64,000 nucleotides of DNA from Microbotryum violaceum. Lineage: Eukaryota. Below the pieces are notes generated by a model that was not told the origin of the DNA, made no database searches, and saw only the letters and a program-made list of their open reading frames with translations. Numbering within the stretch: the stretch's first letter is position 1; the number at the start of each line of letters is the position of its first letter. Of this stretch, positions 17,386 through 28,754 are shown in pieces. The position numbers and the translations under genes are program-made. The stretch is from the NCBI GenBank assembly GCA_001244265.2, contig LN717261.1, positions 1,689,591-1,753,590 on the forward strand, written 5' to 3'.

Positions 17386-20307
17386 ATGGCCCCGATTCGG
17401 ATCGTCGCGCCCTCTTCTGTAGCGGGGACGACCTCGCTCACCGCGCCGCCGTCGCCTTCGAAGCGTAGGTCCTTCAACCGTGTTTGCATCTGAACTGGCT
17501 TTGGCGCACTCCCCCAAGCTGACCGAGGACCTTGCATCATATCTTGCTACAACAGCTACACCGTCAGTTCCCTTTTCCTTCCCCAGCCGTGCTTTACGTC
17601 CCCAGTGTGGCCACGATTCAAGCTGGCAGTTGAGGCAGTTGTAGAAGTCCCTCGCAGTTGACCAGCTCTTTTCATCAACCGCTGCTCCTCAAACTTTGTG
17701 CAGGTCAACACAACTTTCGGTTGCCTCCGTGGCCAAGGCCGCCGTCTTCGTCCCGGGTGGTGCAGCTCCCGCGAGCGCTGTTCAGGGCAGCGAGCCAGGC
17801 GCGTCCACGAGCGCCGGCCAACAGACCCTCGCACCGAATGCAGCCGCCCAGGAATTCGTCCCCGGCAAGAGGTCCACAACGTGAGCTCCCACCCTTCTTT
17901 TGTCAGGCTTCATGCCGCTGGTCCATCGCCTCGGGCCGAACTCATGCGGCCACTTGCTTCTCTCTCGTGCCCAGACCGGCGTTGTCCGAAGATGCCCCTT
18001 ACTTCACTCCGGCCGCGCAACGCCATCACCTGCAACACCAGACCCCGGCTGGACATTTCGCCAACAACAGTCATAGCAGTGGGGGCGGGAATGCGGGAGG
18101 CCTGGTCGGTCCCACGGCGCACATCCATCACGTCGACTCACCACACGCGATCGGCATGCATTCGGTGGTGCACACGCCGACACAATCCAACGACCATCAT
18201 CTGGCCGACTACTTTGCCCAGTCGATGGACGTGGTACGTCAGCAACGCACCGCCCCTTTCTGTACGGGGGAACAGAATTATCCTGACCGATTCTTCTGTA
18301 TTCCTGCCCGTCCCCGCGTACAGAACGGTCCCGGAGACTACAATCGAGCCGGCCCCGGCGGCCCCTCGGTGATGTATGGTGGGGGAGCGGTCGGAGCGGG
18401 GCCATTGCACGGGTCGGATCCTCAACAGGCGATGTACGACTATGGCGGACACGTCGGCCCCGCAGGCTCGCAAGATGCGTACTATGCTCCTCATCAATCT
18501 GCGATGCCTTCTTTCGTTCGTCAGCCGGTGAGCATTCACCCTTGATCTCGATTCCGATCCAGAAGTTTCGCTCGACTGGAGCAAAGATTCGCTGATCTAG
18601 ACTCGTTCGCATCATACCACCTCTCTTCGCCTCGAACAGCTACAATACCATCTCTACCATCCGCTGCCCTCTTCTTCAACCCATCAACAATCCCAGCAGT
18701 TCCCATCCTTCTTCCTCCCGCCGTCGCTTCACATCGCATTGACATTCAAGCTCGAAGCGACCCACGCGACCCCGACCGTCGACCTTAAACTGCCCGAAGA
18801 GGTCGGTGGGTACATCGGCCTGTACCCTCTGGACAAAGGAATGACGCACAGTGGAGCGAGTGGGGGCGGTGCAGAGGGACAGAGCGGATGGAACGGGTTC
18901 CGAAGCTGGGTCTACAAAGCATGGAAGGAAAGCGACGGGAAGGCGTATGCGCTAAGGAGGATTGAGGGTGTGTTCCTGACGCCGCCGAAAATGGTGGATC
19001 GTTTCATGACTGACCGGAATTGAGATCATTTTCGCCTTCAGGGTTCCGATTACACCATGAATCGGCCATAACTATAGTCGAAAAATGGACGCGGCTGAGG
19101 CATCCCGGGCTGGTGTCCGTGCGGGAAGCGTTCACTACACGAGCCTTTGGCGATCAATGTGCGTCTCTCACTTCCCTTTCCCCTCAGATCGACATGAGCG
19201 CCCAAGACAACCATACTGATCCCCCTTGACGGCTCTGACACACTTGCAGCTATCATCTTCGTCTACGATTATTATCCGACATCTCAGACTATCTGGGAAT
19301 CACACCTTTCGCCGCTGTCGACGATGCCGCCGAACCCCTGGGCCACCCCTAACCACAACGTCGATCAGAATAACCACCATCATGCACATCTTTCGCATCC
19401 GGGTGCTGGCCAGTACCGCGGGCGAGGGGCAGGGCAGGTCAATTCGACCTCAACAAGTGGTGGTGGAGGAGGGGGTGGGGGTGGGGGAGGTATCGGTCTC
19501 GCCGAGCGCGTGCTATGGAGCTACCTTGTCCAAATCGGGAGTGTGCTCAAACTTATTCACAGTAACGGCCTTGCCGCTCGAACGCTCGAAGTCAACCGGT
19601 TGCTCGTCACAGGCAAAAATCGAGTTCGACTGGCCGGCTGCGGCGTGTTGGACGTGCTTCACTTTGACGGGGTCAACAACTTGGCGCAGCAGCAACAAGA
19701 GGACTTGCTCTCGTTTGGCAAGTTGATCATCACCCTCGCGTGCGGTTCCCATGCGGCCATGCACAACCTGCCCAAGTCGGTGGAGCACGTCGCTCGGGTC
19801 TATTCGCCCGACCTGAAGAACACGGTGCTGTACCTGCTGAGCAAGCCTGGTCCGAGAAAGTCGATCGAAGAGGTCATCGCCCTGATGGGGACGAGGGTGA
19901 TCGACGAGCTCAACTCGTCGCTCGTTGCCGAGGACACGCTCGAATCCGAGTTGCTACGCGAGGTCGAGAACGGTCGTCTGGTGCGCCTGCTGACCAAGTT
20001 CGGCTTCATCAACGAGCGACCGGAATTCGACCACGACCCGCGATGGGCCGAAACGGGAGATCGGTACATCATCAAACTGTTCCGCGACTACGTGTTCCAC
20101 CAGGTCGATGACCAAGGGCGACCGGTGACGGATCTGTCGCACGTGCTGGTCGCGCTCAACAAGCTCGACGCCGGGGTCGACGAGAAGCTGTTGCTCGTGT
20201 CGAGGGACGAGCAGAGCTGCCTGATTGTCAGCTACAGGGAGGTGAAGACCTGCATCGAAGGGGCGTTCCTGGACCTGTCGAGAGCGGGTGGAGCTCATCA
20301 TCCGTAG
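17386..20307 (+). CDS. PAN3: PAN2-PAN3 deadenylation complex subunit PAN3 (multi-exon)
   Basis: PAM2-like motifs LAPNAAAQEFVP and LSEDAPYFTP; LQYHLY; pseudokinase (WVYKA..DGKAYALRRIEG, VSVREAFTTRAFGD, ERVLWSYLVQI, QQQEDLLSFGKL); C-terminal knob ENGRLVRLLTKFGFINERPEFDHDPRWAETGDRYIIKLFRDYVFHQVD..NKLDAG. Frames join via GT..AG introns; the start and 5' exons are my own model. Confidence 0.96.
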
Positions 20308-20920
20308 ACATGCCTGGACCAATCCGGAAGCCAACGATTGCTCACTTGTGTGTAGAGCTGCTGCGACCTGTGTGCAGCGTCGCGTTCATCACCCTCGGCG
20401 CGGGTGAGTACAGTTCGACGAAGTAGATTACGGTATGAATCGTGAATAACTCCAGAGTGAGACCATAGGACCCGGAGTGATGACTCATGAGTGCGAAGTC
20501 TGCGCCTGGCGAGATCGGGGGAGGCCTGAGCGCTGAGCGCTGAGCGGCGAAGTCGAGGCGGCTCAGCCTGGGCAGAGCTGTTCACCACTGCTCAGGAGCG
20601 CTCAGGCTCAGGCCCACCTCTGGCTATATATATAAAGCACGCTAAAAAGTGGCGCGCGCAGCGCGCCTCCGACCCTCGCTTCCGCGCAGCGTAGCCATAC
20701 ATGTTGCCCGTCTGCAACCCGGGTTGCTGGATGGCCCGAGGACTAGCGCAACACGGAGGCTGGTGTGGCCTTCAACAAGTTCATCTCATGTACGTGCGAG
20801 CTCGTATCGGGGTAATTCAACCTTATAAATGCGGCCATTGTGTATAGCACGCACACATAACCGCTCTAATCGCTTGTCACTCTGGGCTCACATAAGGTCG
20901 GCTTTTGGGCCCACGTCGGA

Positions 20921-23900
20921 GGCAACTCTGGTCCCACATCGGAGGCGACTTTGGGATCACACCGGTGCGGACTTTGGGATCACATCCGAGGTTATTTTTG
21001 TACCACGTTCATAGGGGACTTTGGTACCACATATAGTGTAGACGCCTGTATCTCTTGCAATGTGTGATGTATCACTCTGGGAACAGTAGTTTGATGCATG
21101 TACAGGTCTATAGTACTTCTGGCCGGTGAGACAAGGCGGACAATGCAGTAGTTGCTACATCGGGGCTCTACTCTTCCCCGGCCTGCTTGGCCGCTCCGGC
21201 GCCCGGCGGTGGTGTCGGTGGTGCACTGGTGTCAGCGATTCCGGGACCTCACACTGCAATCCGGACGACTGTCGGACTGCCAACGTCTGGCAGTGACGAG
21301 GCAGCAGGCGTTGCATGCAACAAACATCGTAGGGTGGAGTAAACCCTTTTTTCCCTATGCCTTGTCACTGTAACGTCCTTATCACTAACCATTTCAGTGA
21401 CGCCATCACATAAATCACACGGGTGAGCTCTAGCTCCATAAGGCCTGCAACCTTTAGAACCCTTATTAGAAACCGGCAAACTCACGAATGCCGCTGAAAC
21501 GAGCCAAAAAAAAAAAAAAAAAAAAACCAAAAAAAAAAACCCCTCATTGAAGCTTCGTACGCTCTTCGTCTTTACACCCCACTCGCCCACTCGTACACAT
21601 ACCCTCCTCACACAAAACACTCCTTTCCTTCCTTGTTGAGCGGATTGTTCGTCCATTTCGAGCACAACAACGCCTGGATGGGGTACCTTCTAGACGACGC
21701 CAAGTATGCTCATGTCAACAACTTAAGCGATGAACCAACTGCAAGTCAAATACAAAGGGGCCGCTCACCCATTGCGCTGCGACAACAAAGCTCGCCAGAG
21801 CCATCCTATCGGATGATGAATCGGATTCATATGAGGATGAGTATGATTCGAAACTCTCGGCAGCTTTGGTCGCGGTTTCCCCCAAGTCCTCGATGTCTCG
21901 CACCTCCTCAGCCTCGGGGCTTTCGAACTCTCGCAAGAACTGTTCCAGCGACTCCGATGAGGATTCGACAAGCGATTTATACTACGGAGTCGAAGAAGAC
22001 AGATCAGAGGAGGCATTACCTGACAACGTCGTCTCCGCACCACTCCTGGCTCGGAAAGACAAGAAGATTTGGACCGGCATACCTGCGCGCTCTCTCGGCG
22101 GAACGCAGACCGACGAACTGTCGAACACGAAGCGCGGAGGCATTTCTCTCAAACATCATCTTCACCACTGCAGAGCACAACGAGCTCCGTCTCAGGCCGC
22201 TCGTTCCTCGCAAGCAAAAATCCGAATGGAACTTTGTAAGCAACCTCCCTGTCCTGGAGCTCCCAAGGTTCATAGCTACAGAGGTGTGTCGAAGCTGCGT
22301 GCTGCGCTACGTTTTGTTTCGTCCTGTGATCGAACTAACTCTTATTCGTGAGATATATCAACAGACGCATGACTGGGCTCCACGCAAATATGAATGCTGT
22401 CTCGCTGTCGTCGAGCGACCTTACGGTAAGGCGCCCTCGTCTACTCATCATCAACAGCCGTCGGACGTGGCAGTGGGGATCTGATGACGTCCAAAACTGC
22501 CCATCACTCTTCTAGAAGCTTGGAGTCAACCCGCGAATGTCGACCTGTTGTGGAGGTTCTGCGGATGGCCGTCGTTGCTCGGGGGCCTGCAAAAGAGATC
22601 GGGGACGTTCATCAGCAACTTTGCCACTCGCGCTTTAGTGAAATTTAGTGCCAAAAGCGCACTTTTAGTGAAATTTAGTGCACTTTCTATAATCTCCGGT
22701 GGGTCACTAAATGACACTTAAAAGGCACTTAAGTGCACTTTGTGCCATTTAGTGCACTTTGTACCATTTAGTGGCTTCCGTGCCATTTAGTGCACTTATA
22801 GTGCTTTTGCAACAACAACCTGATTTCAGTGCTATTATGTGTATAAGCGCGCTTGAGCGATCGATGCCTGGTAGTACTGGTACATGCTTGCATTCCACTC
22901 ATAATCACAGTGCCAAGTACTAGGCTACTGCCAGCCAAACAATCTATTCTGAGTCCTCTTCTTACGTATCATTCGGCACCAACTGTGCCCTGTGCCAGGC
23001 CTGCCTCGAGCGAGTCTTTAGCCACTGCTTCGCCACCTGAAAACGGAAGCATAACCCCCCCCCCCCCCGGGGAAACGACTCGTGTATGTCGCAACAACTG
23101 GTGATTGAGACTCACCTGAGAACTCCGCAATTGGGGCATCACCTTTTCAAGAGACACACGCGCCTATTGATGGGACCAGTAGACTAACGTTAGGTCGAAT
23201 GTTACAGGGATGAAAACGATATCCGCGGAAAATCTCTCGACTCACCGCACCTTTAAGCGTAAGATACTAGACCAAAAGCCAGGGGTTGGTTGTCCGGCTG
23301 CGCCGCATTGAGAGAAGCCACCTTTTGGCTCTTGGCGCAAGCTGCGAACACGGCGACGAGATCGTTCAACAGTGAGTTTGACAGGTCGCCTGACTTCCAG
23401 CCGAACTGGAAATCTCTCTGCAGTAATGCAAATACTTACTAGCCATTTCCTGCTCTGGACAACAGTATAACCTCTTCAAGATCACCCTAAAAGTGTGGCC
23501 ACAGCGGAGTTCCAAGAATCCCTCCGAAGATGGTCAGCGTTGTCAAGATGTGACGTGCGCCTCAGTCTGCTTCGTGTTCGGTTGACCGCGCATTGGTCCC
23601 GCCGGTCGCTGGCGGTGTCTTTGCCGGCGGCTTGTAACGCTTCAGCCATACCTTTCAATGACTGTGCCATACGGTCAACTCACTCGGAGATAGCCAGGGG
23701 CAGAATGAAAGGTAATGGTGGAGGCAAGAGGGAACAAGGGATGGGGATCGCGAGCGGTGGCAGTGAGTGGGAGGAAGGAAAAGGAGGCTCGCGACGGCGC
23801 GTGGACTTGGTAAACAACACGCGGCCGTGGCCTAATGCGAGTCACTTGGCCGTGACGGCGCTTGCGCCCACGTCCTGGCGAAGGCCCGATTCGCGCGCCA

Positions 23901-25100
23901 GTTGAGTCGGCGCGCCGCGCGCGGCGACTCGCGCCTTGCTCCCAAAATTTGTCTAAGTCCCACTCTGTCCGTAGGCGCAAGAGGCGCATTTCCTTCTTAC
24001 GTCGCCGCACAGCGACTACTGCAATCTACGACACTCGGTTGAGGATGTTTTACGATCGGATCTTGGGCAGGTGCTATTTTGAGAAATGGAGATCACACGA
24101 GCATGGAATATCCAGAATGTTGTGGACATCTGGAACAACCAGTTGACTGTAACTTGTGATCGCTTTGGGAGGGTATTTAGCATCAAAATTCTACGTGATC
24201 CGAGAACGCCTCAGAGTCCCGGGAAGGGGAAAGGGAGGGCGGCGCAAATGGATCTGTCAGAATAGCCCCTGTCATGAGTGCTCAATTGAATCATCAGTAT
24301 AACTTCAGTTCTGGTAGGATAATATTCTGCAATACTGCAAACATGTGTCGAGAGCAAATCATGTCTTTATGTATCTATTGCAGGTCGAGTACTTGGTATA
24401 CTGATACCTATAGTTGGTAATAGGAAGAATAGCAACCAAGGTCTTGACATTGTTACACCTCACCACAGCACTCCTCCAAATTTTAAGTGTCAACTTCATC
24501 ACACTTTGCTAAGTTCATCAAACAGTGCCAATTTGAGTGCCATTTTGTGCCATTTTGCGCACTTTAGCGGTTTAGCGGCTCGAGATTTATTTAGTGCCAT
24601 TTAGCAAAGTGGCAAAGTTGCTGATGTTTGAACATCGTTCAATTGCAATGATCATACAAGCAAAAGTCCGCCGATTCCGAAGCGTGACTTATTAGAATCT
24701 GTATCTTCGCTCGATCTCCATGAACTGTTCTTCATGGATGAGATAAGCGAGGGACCGGTGCCAATTCTGGTCTAATCCGAGTCGGCGCAATCACGTTCGG
24801 GAGTGTCGGCCTTGGCGGTCCGGCGCCCACCGGCGCGGAGAGGCCAAGCGGGGCAGAACATCGATGTAGCAACTACTGCATTGTCCGCCTTGTCTCACCG
24901 GCAAGAAGTACTATAGGCCTGTACATGCATCAAAATACTGTTCCCAGAGTGATACATCACACATTGCAAGAGATACAGGCATCTACACTATGTGGTACCA
25001 AAGTCCCCATGAACGTGGTACAAGAATGACCTCGGATGTGATCCCAAAGTCCGCTCCGATGTGATCCCAAAGTCGCCTCCGATGTGGGACCAGAGTTGCC
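20921..25100. mobile_element. Element bounded by ~240-bp inverted repeats (20921-21162 / 24862-25100) containing 23-bp tandem subrepeats (foldback/MULE-like, non-autonomous)
   Basis: The arms are near-exact reverse complements (..GAGACAAGGCGGACAATGCAGTAGTTGCTACATCG / CGATGTAGCAACTACTGCATTGTCCGCCTTGTCTC..). Units like ACTTTGGGATCACATCGGAGGCG repeat ~5-7 times per arm. True termini and TSD are not resolved. Confidence 0.7.
22610..24626. mobile_element. Non-autonomous TIR DNA transposon, CACTA/Mirage/Chapaev (CMC)-like
   Basis: TIR CATCAGCAACTTTGCCACT / AGTGGCAAAGTTGCTGATG, flanked by TT on both sides (2-bp TSD). Many subterminal TTAGTGC/GCACTAA motifs. Internal spliced gene remnants on the minus strand. 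Confidence 0.85.
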
Positions 25101-25750
25101 ATCCTCGGGACCAAAGTAACCTGCTATTCGCGCGATTAACCTAATTCCGTTGTGTATAAAGCATATTCGGAACACTCATCGTCAATTTCTTCTTTAGATT
25201 AGTAGCGAGAAGAAGCTCGATTAGAACATCATTACCACATCACATCATTACATCATTAGCGGAGGGGATAAGGTAGCATTGATGGACATGATTAGGTCAC
25301 GTGCCGTCTCACCACGCTGGTAGAACAGAGCAAGCCGTAGCGAGCCTGAGCGCGAGTGAGCGACAGCGTCGCCGCTTGACGCGCCGCTATTGATCACAGT
25401 CCTGGTCTTACTATTTTCTGTTCCCTTACGCTTTCGGTCGTATATCTTGATTCGAAGCCAACCGACCATACAAAATGTTGCCTCTCCTGTCTGCTCCCGG
25501 CAACGCGTCAGCGTTTGCCGCTCCCACCCGCGGGCTAAGTTGGCACTGCGGTGTGGCATGTGCTTCAACGCCGGCAGATTTCGTTCAAAGAGCGTCTGGA
25601 TCGGCTCGCCGAACGCGATGATCTCTCGGTTGTCTGGTTCAGAACGCGTTCACCCGCAGTTCAGGAATCGCGGCCCTCGGCATCGGTTTGATCGGGGACT
25701 TTTCGCCGGACGGGCGAAACAGGTGTTGCGCCGTTCACGCGGTAGTCCAC

Positions 25751-25902
25751 CATCAGCAACTTTGCCACTCGCGCATTAGTGCAATTTAGTGCCATTTAGC
25801 GCATTTTTGTGCCAAAAGCGCACTTTTAGTGACATTTAGCTCGTTTTCTATAATCTCCGGTGCGCCAAATTGCACCAAGCGCGAGTGGCAAAGTTGCTGA
25901 TG
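25751..25902. mobile_element. 152-bp MITE of the CATCAG-TIR family
   Basis: 24-bp perfect TIR CATCAGCAACTTTGCCACTCGCGC / GCGCGAGTGGCAAAGTTGCTGATG, with an AC 2-bp TSD. Confidence 0.9.
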
Positions 25903-26257
25903 ACGTCATTTCGGTCGCGGCTTTTCGACGCTGAATAATACTCAAATGCAGAGCCTCGTCGCTGAGTCGAGCCGCCGCTCATCAGGTCCTTCTGCCGTGG
26001 ACGTGCGCCACACAATCATTGACCTCAACGCATTCCGAAGGGAACTTGGCCTGACCCCCAATTCAGCCGCGGAGCAGGCCAAGCGAGACCGCGATGACGT
26101 GTATGAAAGGCGAATGGAAGAACTTTTGGGTTCACGATCGGAGCAGGAGGTTGAGGAAGAAGGTGATGCTGAGCTCGGGGAGGGCGGCGGAGAGTCAGGC
26201 TTGACAAGGGGTGAAGACTCGGACGACCTCGAGATTCTCGACGAGCCCATGGGCTAG
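25903..26257 (+). pseudogene. Acidic C-terminal coding fragment of an unidentified (probably TE) gene
   Basis: ORF 25946..26257 is protein-like with an acidic tail. It is open back towards the MITE junction; no upstream part is seen. Confidence 0.3.
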
Positions 26258-27023
26258 CTAGGGATGGTTCGGCGCATTTGTTGACTGTAGATTGTTTGTT
26301 ATTGAAGGAATTTGCTTTTTGTATGCGACCCATATCGCACATGGTGGGATGTGGACGCCAAAGTGCACAAAAGTAAATCAAATGTCAGCCTTAAATCAGG
26401 CGTTGACGCGTTGACGACCACAATCCCGCGAGCGGGTCTCCACGGCCACAGTCGCCAAACGGCAGTGCATGACAAGCTTGAAGGTTCTGCTAAGTTAGAG
26501 ACTGAAAACTGGTGCGCATCGGTGCTGACATTTGCAGGTTCAGGTTTGGGAACATTGCCAGACCTGTGGGCCTGGGGGGCGGGGCCGGGGGCGAGGAGGA
26601 TTGGTGTTGCTGTAGTTGTTCTGTTCCAACAGCACCCCAAAGTGGGTCCAGACGCGTTCCGAGTTAACAACGGCACTCACTACTAGTACTATCACGGAGG
26701 ACCTGAGGTCTTGGTTGCGTGACCCTACACGCCCACCGCGCGTGTACCCCTGAGGGTACGCAGCGGAAGTTGCAGTGGCGGAACGCTCGTTGTACAGTGC
26801 TTGCAATAATATGTCAGCAAGAATCGATGAAATAGGTCACTGCATACCTTCTGCTCCGTTGACGTGATAGTTTATGTAGTCGAGTGAGCAGGGATATCGG
26901 GCCATCGGCCAAGGACCTTGTACTATAGGAGCTGTGTACTCCCGGGGGTACACAGGGGAGGGCCATCGCAACCTCGCCAAGTCTTGGGCGCGAGGGTAGC
27001 GCCGTACCATGGGCTACCATGGG

Positions 27024-27068
27024 AGGACCCCCGAAAGCCCGGCCTGAGGCGCGTAGGTAAAATCCGCC
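27024..27068 (+). repeat. Putative TIR of a second copy (opposite end) of the KDZ-type element
   Basis: 17/17 identity to the reverse complement of 16716-16732. Patchy similarity continues ~30 bp away from PAN3. Confidence 0.55.
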
Positions 27069-27270
27069 AAAATCGTCGATTTAGGACCTCATTTGTCCAC
27101 CATTTTTTGGATTTTTTGGCCAAAAAGGTCCCCAAAATGTCCAGTCCATCTACGCGCCTCGAAAAACGGCTCTAGAATTGCTTCAAATGCTCTAAAACAT
27201 CTCCAAAAATCGCGAAAACGCCGTCCGGACGTTTTTCGCTCGGGCCGAATCGGCGGAGCACGCGCGCGTG

Positions 27271-28522
27271 TCAGCCAGTTCGGTTCTGCTTGGCTGAGGG
27301 CTCCTCACCTGCACTTGCTGCCTTCCTTTTTGACCATATATCTTTCACACCCTTCATTTGATTACTCAAGGACACAGAAGCGTTCCGTATTCCGTTGCAG
27401 CGTCGAAGAAAACAGAGCCTTGCCTCAGCCTGCTGGCTTAAGTCGAAGACACGCTCCCCGAGGTATGCGACTGAATCCTGGGGTGCAAGAGTGAGGGCGG
27501 GCGTTGAGAATGAAACCAAGGATTGAATAATTTGTTGAGCATCGAGTCCAAAGAAGCGAGTCGTGTCGTCAATCATATGCGTTGAATAACGGCCCTTGCT
27601 CACAACTCGCCATTCTTGGAGGACGACATTCGAGAGTAATGCGAGGGAGTTGGTCTCCGCTCTGTCACAATGATTTGACGTGGCCTTGGCATACATGTAA
27701 CGTACTACGAGAGGTAAAATCGATGCCAGGCACTCTGAAAAGCAGTAAGCTAGCTACAGTGAAATGCACAAACCAAGTCCAATGGATAATTGTTCTTTTC
27801 CTATGTTGCTGGCGTCACAACTGCCAGGTATGATGCTTCGTTTCAATCCGAAGCAGACAAGAGAACCGATTTTCAAAGGCATGGCTGACGTGACGTTTCC
27901 GTCAATCGACCCAAATGTTGGGATCTTGGCGAATACCATGTATTGCCTTGCTCGCAATTGCATCCGTACCTAGGCAGAAATGAACATTATTGATGAGCAC
28001 TCTCTGGGCCATATGTGCACAGCACACAATTGTGGCTCACTTCTTTACGTCCCTCTTCGATGTATCCTATGTTGTCTGTCTCGTTGCGGTCGAAAAGCGA
28101 CTGAAGGTTCCTTGTTCTGTCCAACGAAGGGACCTTGCAACTCCTGACACGGTTTCGAGACGGGCTGCACCCATTGAACGCACAAAGCCTCCGAGGACAC
28201 TGGAGTGCATTTCACTGTGCTCGGACAATTTTGCTTTTGATGTGGGATCGGAAACTTGGGAAGTCGAGGTGGTGGTGCCGTGCCTTCCCTTGAGTAGGAC
28301 AGCTCTGAGGTGGGCACATTGATGTGCCCGACGGTGCTCGATCAAGCTTTTCGGATCAAGCGCAAGCTGACAAGTGTCGTGACGCAGAAGGGATGGGAGC
28401 CGAAGAATTTGAGCCTGCGAAAGAGTGCTGGTTCTGTTTAGTGGTTCTGCAAGAAGACAGTTGCTACTTAAATGAACCTACACGACCTGGCAAGTTTTCA
28501 TTTGCTGTCTCAATGGCGTCGA
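27271..28522 (-). pseudogene. C-terminal exons of a TE-associated (transposase-like) gene, truncated by the Gypsy LTR
   Basis: GTGAGC..CTAG intron at ~27971-28040. The peptide GNVTSAMPLKIGSLVCF..RYMYAKATSNH..LLSNVVLQEW resembles C-termini of basidiomycete transposase-like proteins (recalled pattern, unverified). Internal stops. Confidence 0.35.
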
Positions 28523-28754
28523 TGTCACGAATCAGCAGTCCGAGGTCTGAGCGCAGCGCCACCGCGCAGCTTACTCAGCGCTGGGAACTTTCTAGGAGCT
28601 TCCAGTTATCTCTATGATCTTGCGCCTCGATCACTTCCTTTGGCTTCAACTTGCTTCCATGAGTTTCTGTCGCTTTCCCTGGGCTTTCCTGCGACTATAA
28701 ATAAGGCTTCTGTGTAGAAATCGCTCTTGTCTTCCTTCTGCAATCTTGATCTCA

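Noticed and set aside
20520-20615. CTGAGCG / CGCTCAG inverted cluster after PAN3
   Set aside because: Probably a TE subterminal remnant, but no paired terminus or TSD could be supported.
20880-21035. 23-bp periodic repeats resembling a CRISPR array
   Set aside because: Units are contiguous and degenerate with no unique spacers, the context is eukaryotic, and no cas genes are present.
16716-27040. PAN3 captured inside a TIR element
   Set aside because: Similarity between the two motifs extends outward rather than inward and no TSD is seen, so they are ends of flanking elements.
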